The position numbers and the translations under genes were made by a program. This document shows positions 8,650 to 13,870 of a stretch of DNA of 13,870 nt, one piece after another; within the stretch, counting starts at the first letter, position 1, and each line of letters starts with the position of its first letter. The DNA is taken from positions 1 to 13,870 of the forward strand of contig CAZEBC010000037.1 of the NCBI GenBank assembly GCA_964510165.1. Direction: 5' to 3'. Under the pieces are notes generated by a model that saw only the letters and a program-made list of their open reading frames with translations, searched no databases and was not told where the DNA came from. The stretch is from an uncultured bacterium (GTDB taxonomy: Bacteria; Abyssobacteria; SURF-5).

Positions 8650-9522
8650 CTACTTCTTTTTTTCAGTCGCATCAGCGCCGGCGACGACCTCGAGTATTTC
8701 ACGCGTGATCGAGGCCTGTCGAATCTTGTTGTAGTTGAGCGTAAGGGTTCGAATCATTTCGTCGGCGTTGTCCGTCGCGTTCCGCATCGAGACCATTCGG
8801 TTGCCGTGCTCGGAAGCCGCCGCCTCGACGAAGGCCAAGTATATCTGGTTTTGCAGATATTTGGGCAAGAGCAACTGCATCAATTCTTCGGCTGTCGGCT
8901 CGAATATGTAGAGCGGGCTTATGCCTTCGGATTTCACTTCTGCGTCGCCGGTTTCAAGGGGAAGCAGTTGCACTTCTTTGGGAATGGTGACCATTGCGCT
9001 CTTGAACTTGGTGAAGAACATGATCACGCGGTCGAAATCGGCGCGTTCATAGCCTTCAGCCAGAAAGCGGGTAACCTCGGCCACAAAGGGAACTTCGACC
9101 TCGCGTCCTGGGAACGGCCAGTACTTGATAATCTCGTACTGACGCCGCTTGTAAAAGTCGTTCGCCTTCTTGCCGATGAGCACAAGCCTGACGGATTCCC
9201 GGTTCAAGGGTTTGATGAAGTCCAACGATTTCGAGATCACGTTGGAGTTATACGCTCCACACAATCCCTTATCGGAAGTCATCACCACCACGCAAGTGCG
9301 TTCGATCGGCCTTTGAACGAGGAGCGGATGCGTGACTCCGGCGACGGACTTGCCGACCTCCGACATTATGTGGCGGAGCTTGTCGGCGTAAGGTTCGGCG
9401 GCATAAACGAGGTCTTGTGCGCGTTTGAGTTTCGAGGCCGCGACCATCTCCATTGCGCGCGTGATTTGCTGTATGTTCTTGACGCTTCGGATGCGATTTC
9501 TGATTTCGCGGGTGTTGGCCAT
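8650..9522 (-). CDS. atpG: ATP synthase F1 subunit gamma
   Basis: ITRAMEMVAASK, SDKGLCGAYN, SEH..RMVSM..ATDNA, RQASITREILEVVAGA. Confidence 0.98.
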   Translation of the reverse strand: MANTREIRNRIRSVKNIQQITRAMEMVAASKLKRAQDLVYAAEPYADKLRHIMSEVGKSVAGVTHPLLVQRPIERTCVVVMTSDKGLCGAYNSNVISKSLDFIKPLNRESVRLVLIGKKANDFYKRRQYEIIKYWPFPGREVEVPFVAEVTRFLAEGYERADFDRVIMFFTKFKSAMVTIPKEVQLLPLETGDAEVKSEGISPLYIFEPTAEELMQLLLPKYLQNQIYLAFVEAAASEHGNRMVSMRNATDNADEMIRTLTLNYNKIRQASITREILEVVAGADATEKKK

Positions 9523-9524
9523 GA

Positions 9525-11042
9525 TTATGAACCTTTGAACAGAAGCTTAAACTCTCCTGTCGCCTTTCTGAGTCTTTCAATGGTTTCGTCACTCATCTGG
9601 CGGGTTTCGCGTATGGTTTTTCCGATATCCGGGTACTTGTCCTTCATGAACTCATGGAAATCGGTCTCAAAGGCTTTCACCTGTTCCACGGGGATGTCAT
9701 CGAGCATTCCCAGGTTTGCCGCCGCTATTATCATGACCTGCTGCTCGACGGGCATGGGCTCGTATTGGGGCTGCTTGAGGACTTCGACCAGACGCTCGCC
9801 CCGCGCAAGCTGTGCCTGGGTGGCTTTGTCCAGTTCTGAGCCAAACTGGGCGAAGGCGGCCAGTTCGCGATACTGCGCCAGGCTGAGGCGAAGGGTACCC
9901 GCCATTTTTTTCATGCCGGGAATTTGCGCGTTACCGCCGACGCGCGACACCGAGAGTCCGACGGAAACTGCAGGCCTGACGCCGCCGTAGAACAAGTCGG
10001 CTTCCAGGTATATCTGTCCGTCGGTGATGGAAATGACGTTAGTCGGGATGTAAGCCGAGTAGTCGCCCGCCTGTGTTTCCACGATGGGGAGAGCCGTGAG
10101 GGAGCCTCCCCCGAGCTTGTCGGAGAGTTTGGCGGCGCGCTCGAGCAACCGAGAGTGCAGGTTGAAGATGTCTCCCGGAAACGCCTCGCGACCGGGCGGT
10201 CTCCTGAGCAGGAGCGACATCGTCCTGTACGCGGCGGCGTGCTTGGATAAGTCGTCGTAAATGATGAGCGCGTGTTTTCCGGTGTCGCGGAATTCCTCGC
10301 CCATTGCGCAGCCGGAATACGGCGCCACATATTGCATCGGAGCCGAGTCGCTCGCATTGGCAGCGACAACGATGGTGTAATCCATGGCGCCGTACCGCTC
10401 AAGCGTCTCAACAACGCCGACGACGGTGGACTGTTTCTGGCCGATGGCCACGTAAATGCAATAGACGTCTTTGCCACGCTGATTGATGATGGCATCGACT
10501 GCCAGGGCGGTCTTGCCGGTCTGACGGTCGCCGATGATCAATTCACGCTGACCGCGGCCGATGGGTATCATCGAGTCGATGCATTTGAGGCCCGTCTGAA
10601 GAGGTTCCTTCACGGGCTGTCGTTGCACGACGTTTGGCGCGCGGCCTTCAATGGGCCTGAACTTCTTGGCGTTTAAGGGGCCCTTGCCGTCGACGGGCTG
10701 GCCGACGCCGTTCACAACGCGACCAACGAGTTCGGGTCCGACCGGCACCTGAAGGATTCTGCCGGTCCGCTTGACCGGGTCGCCCTGTTCGATTTTGTCG
10801 AATTCGCCCAGGATCACAGCGCCGATCTGGTCGAGTTCGAGGTTGAGGGCCATTCCGTAGATGCCGTGTGGAAACTCGAGCATCTCGGCCGACATGCAAC
10901 TTGGCAGCCCTTTGATGCGGGCGATGCCGTCACCCGCCTCGATGACCTCGCCGACCTCTTCCATGCCGACGGCGATCTTCGATTCCTGAATGTGTTTTCT
11001 GATTACTGCGGAAATCGCAGTAGGGTCTAGCTTCAGTTCCAA
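9525..11042 (-). CDS. atpA: ATP synthase F1 subunit alpha
   Basis: [54 protein letters not shown] start with GGGGAGGA 6 nt upstream. Confidence 0.99.
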   Translation of the reverse strand: MELKLDPTAISAVIRKHIQESKIAVGMEEVGEVIEAGDGIARIKGLPSCMSAEMLEFPHGIYGMALNLELDQIGAVILGEFDKIEQGDPVKRTGRILQVPVGPELVGRVVNGVGQPVDGKGPLNAKKFRPIEGRAPNVVQRQPVKEPLQTGLKCIDSMIPIGRGQRELIIGDRQTGKTALAVDAIINQRGKDVYCIYVAIGQKQSTVVGVVETLERYGAMDYTIVVAANASDSAPMQYVAPYSGCAMGEEFRDTGKHALIIYDDLSKHAAAYRTMSLLLRRPPGREAFPGDIFNLHSRLLERAAKLSDKLGGGSLTALPIVETQAGDYSAYIPTNVISITDGQIYLEADLFYGGVRPAVSVGLSVSRVGGNAQIPGMKKMAGTLRLSLAQYRELAAFAQFGSELDKATQAQLARGERLVEVLKQPQYEPMPVEQQVMIIAAANLGMLDDIPVEQVKAFETDFHEFMKDKYPDIGKTIRETRQMSDETIERLRKATGEFKLLFKGS

Positions 11043-11081
11043 GGCGCATCCTCCCCTTTAATGAAGCAAAGCGGGAGCGAA

Positions 11082-11618
11082 TCAGCCCGTCATCTGCTTC
11101 TTCAACTGGAACAGTTTGTTTCGGACGCTTCCGTCCAATACCTTGTCGCCCACTTTAACGACAACGCCACCGATTATCGACTCATCCACGCGGGTCCGCA
11201 TGTGGACGTCTTTCCTGGTCAGTTTGCGGAGTTCGGCCCCAAGTTTCTGAAGGGCGCCGTCGGATATCGGCTGAGCGGTGATCACTTCGGCTGATATCTT
11301 TGCTCTCGCATCGCTGGCAAGCCGGAAATACTCTTCGGCTATTTTCGGGAACAGGCGCCCGCGCTCCTGGTCGATAATGAGGTACATATGGTTGAGCGTG
11401 ACGCGGCTGAGTTTGCCGCCGAGAAGCTCGGCCAGAGCGTCCTTCTTGCCTTCCGCCTTGACCCCGGGGTTGTTAATGAACTCCTTCAGTTCGTAGTTGC
11501 TCTGGTAGAGCCGCTCGAGCTCGTGGAGTTCGTCTTCAACCCGGTCGGTCACGCCTTCTGCCGAGGCCAGGCGAAAGAGAGATTCGGCGTATGCGCTAAC
11601 AATCGGGTCAACCTTCAT
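11082..11618 (-). CDS. atpH: ATP synthase F1 subunit delta
   Basis: YAESLF N-terminus, VDESIIGGVVVKVGDKVLDGSV C-terminus; between atpF and atpA. Confidence 0.95.
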   Translation of the reverse strand: MKVDPIVSAYAESLFRLASAEGVTDRVEDELHELERLYQSNYELKEFINNPGVKAEGKKDALAELLGGKLSRVTLNHMYLIIDQERGRLFPKIAEEYFRLASDARAKISAEVITAQPISDGALQKLGAELRKLTRKDVHMRTRVDESIIGGVVVKVGDKVLDGSVRNKLFQLKKQMTG

Positions 11619-12222
11619 AGAGCCTGCCTACCTCGGATATATACTGGTCGATGAGTTGAGCGTGTTCTTCTTTTTTCAGCGTGCGTTGAATGACCTTGGA
11701 GGCCACCTCAATGGAGATGTCCGCGATCTGAGCCTGGAGTTCCTTTATGGCCTTTTCCTTCTCGCGCGCGATTTCTTCCTGGGCGCGCTTGATGAGTTGG
11801 TTTGCCTCTTCCTGCGCTTTTGCTATGGTTTCCTTTCGCAGGTTTTCGCCGAGGGACTTGCCCTCGTCCATGATCTTCTTCGCTTCGGCGCGGGCGCTTT
11901 CGAGTTGCTGTTTGTACTCGCCCAGAAGCTTCTCGGCCTCACCGCGCGTGAGTTCGGCGTTCTTGAGGTCTCCCTCGATTTTCTCGTTGCGCTTATCGAG
12001 GGCTTCGGTAATGCGGGGGAACGCGAACTTCTTGAGGATGAAGAACACGATGGCGAAAGCTATAAGCGTCCACCACCAGAGGTTGGGCTCGGCCTTCATG
12101 GGGGTCTCGCCGCCGCCTTTTGGCGCGTGTTCCTCGTGAGCGCTCGTGACCTCTTGTTCGGAGATTTCCACGCTCTCTATCTCGCCGGTCTCCTGGGCCA
12201 GGTAGAATATGGTTTGTGCCAC
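11608..12222 (-). CDS. atpF: ATP synthase Fo subunit b, with acidic N-terminal extension
   Basis: WTLIAFAIVFFILKKFAFPRI..ALDKRNEKI TM anchor then coiled coil. Start placed at in-frame GTG 12222 (GGAGGTG 6 nt upstream) rather than track TTG 12243. Confidence 0.93.
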   Translation of the reverse strand: MAQTIFYLAQETGEIESVEISEQEVTSAHEEHAPKGGGETPMKAEPNLWWWTLIAFAIVFFILKKFAFPRITEALDKRNEKIEGDLKNAELTRGEAEKLLGEYKQQLESARAEAKKIMDEGKSLGENLRKETIAKAQEEANQLIKRAQEEIAREKEKAIKELQAQIADISIEVASKVIQRTLKKEEHAQLIDQYISEVGRLYEG

Positions 12223-12261
12223 TTCATTCACCTCCGCTTTCAAATAGCAGGGGGCACGTTG

Positions 12262-12510
<249 letters not shown>

Positions 12511-12532
12511 TTAAGCCACTTTGCTTGAACTA

Positions 12533-13270
12533 TTAGTGATGTTCACGAAGCGAGTCGCCGATGTACAACGCGGCGAGTATCGCAAAGATAAACGCCTGTA
12601 TGAGAGCAACGAAGATTTCGAATATGAGCATCCCGACGACCCCGACGAACGGGAACGGCGAGAGCACGGTCATAAGTCCCTTCCCGAAAAGCACCGATGC
12701 GCCCGTTGCGAACACCAGAATGACGGTGTGCCCCGCGAGCATATTGGCGAAAAGACGAACCGCCAAGGCGAAATGCTTGGCGAAGAGGCTGATGATTTCA
12801 ACGGGGAAAATGAGGGGCAGCAGGAGCTTGGGCACGCCGTGCGGGGCAAAGCTCTTCAGGTATCCGCCAATCCCCTTTTTCCGGATGCCCGTTACGAGGA
12901 CCACCGCGAACACGAGCACCGCCAGAGTGGCGGTGGTGTTTATGTTTGAAGTGACAGTGTAGCCGTAATGGGCGAGCGGGAATATGCCGACGATGTTGCA
13001 GAAGAAGATGAAGAAGAACAGCGACGCGATGAACGGGAAAAAGCGGAGTCCCTCGTGGCCCATCGTGTCGAGCACCATCTTCTCGCGGATAAGGGTGAGT
13101 AACACTTCCATCGCGCTCTGGTAACGGCCGGGCACCAATTTTCTTTGACCGGCCATATAGAGCACGAGAAAGGAAACGAATGCGGCTATGAACATCCATA
13201 TGACCGCCTTGTTGATGGATAACGGGCCCAACTCAACGAGAGTGTGCAGGTGTTCGTGCTGGATTTCCAA
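12533..13270 (-). CDS. atpB: ATP synthase Fo subunit a
   Basis: VPGRYQ..E, TSNINTT, LAVRLFANMLAGH (essential Arg), EIFVALIQAFIF; TTG start with AGGAGGT. Confidence 0.97.
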   Translation of the reverse strand: MEIQHEHLHTLVELGPLSINKAVIWMFIAAFVSFLVLYMAGQRKLVPGRYQSAMEVLLTLIREKMVLDTMGHEGLRFFPFIASLFFFIFFCNIVGIFPLAHYGYTVTSNINTTATLAVLVFAVVLVTGIRKKGIGGYLKSFAPHGVPKLLLPLIFPVEIISLFAKHFALAVRLFANMLAGHTVILVFATGASVLFGKGLMTVLSPFPFVGVVGMLIFEIFVALIQAFIFAILAALYIGDSLREHH

Positions 13271-13276
13271 GGTAGC

Positions 13277-13591
13277 TTACCTCCTGTCAGCAAGTTGCCT
13301 TCGTTCGCGACCGGCATGCAACGATCTGATCGAGTGTCTTAGTGTCAAAGCGGTGAACGAGCCCGTAAGCCCGACGCATACCGCCAGAAAGCTTATATTG
13401 TCGGCTTGGGAAAGAGTCCAGAGCAGAATCCCTATCGCGCCGAGCCGAACGATAAATCCTGCAAGAATAATGGCCTGCCCCATATGGGCGTTGGAGGGGC
13501 GAACCAGCGCGGAGATCGAGCGGGCGAGCGAGAAATCCATCGCTCCAATGAAGAAGCCGACGACCACGCCGAGGATTACCTGAGAGTTCAA
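13277..13591 (-). CDS. atpI: ATP synthase subunit I (UncI-like small membrane protein)
   Basis: 104-aa hydrophobic protein with FIVRL motif directly before atpB; TTG start overlaps upstream stop (TTGA), SD GGAGG. Confidence 0.75.
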   Translation of the reverse strand: MNSQVILGVVVGFFIGAMDFSLARSISALVRPSNAHMGQAIILAGFIVRLGAIGILLWTLSQADNISFLAVCVGLTGSFTALTLRHSIRSLHAGRERRQLADRR

Positions 13592-13866
13592 CTCGAAAAG
13601 CCTCCATTTCGGCCTTCATGGGTCGAATGTTCGCGCTCTTTTTTTTCGCGCTCCCTGAGGGCCTCACTGAGCGTCCTATGAGCCGACCTAATAGCCGCCG
13701 CGCCCCCAAGGATTGTTCCTGCGAGGGTAAACCAGGGACTCTTGCCGGTCTTCTTGTCGAGCCACAGGCCGATGAGCATGGGAACGATTACCGCCACGGC
13801 CATCTCAATGGCGAGGGTGTAGAATCGGCCGAACTGCTCGAGGTATTTGTTTCGTTCCCGGACCAT
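13588..13866 (-). CDS. atpZ: AtpZ/AtpI-family (ATPase gene 1) membrane protein
   Basis: Two TM segments around IGLWLDKKTGKSPWFTLAG; first visible gene of the atp operon. Start is 4 nt from the window edge, so unverified. Confidence 0.8.
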   Translation of the reverse strand: MVRERNKYLEQFGRFYTLAIEMAVAVIVPMLIGLWLDKKTGKSPWFTLAGTILGGAAAIRSAHRTLSEALREREKKEREHSTHEGRNGGFSS

Positions 13867-13870
13867 AACT

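Overview
Almost entirely housekeeping DNA from a diderm bacterium, with every credible gene on the minus strand. In transcription order (right to left): a complete F1Fo ATP synthase operon (atpZ-I-B-E-F-H-A-G-D-C; c-subunit motif indicates H+ coupling) closed by an intrinsic terminator; a CLC anion channel/transporter gene with C-terminal CBS domains that is frameshifted at an (AC)4 tract; a sigma70-type promoter; lptD; and three nucleotide-sugar SDR genes (ArnA/UXS-like, Rmd-like, and a UDP-glucuronate decarboxylase-like gene that runs off the left edge and is missing from the ORF track). I see no mobile element, CRISPR array, RNA gene or defence system, and no clear new multi-gene system. 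The most interesting signals cluster on the CLC locus: the repeat-located frameshift, a possible one-codon contraction, non-canonical filter residues and a highly structured leader.
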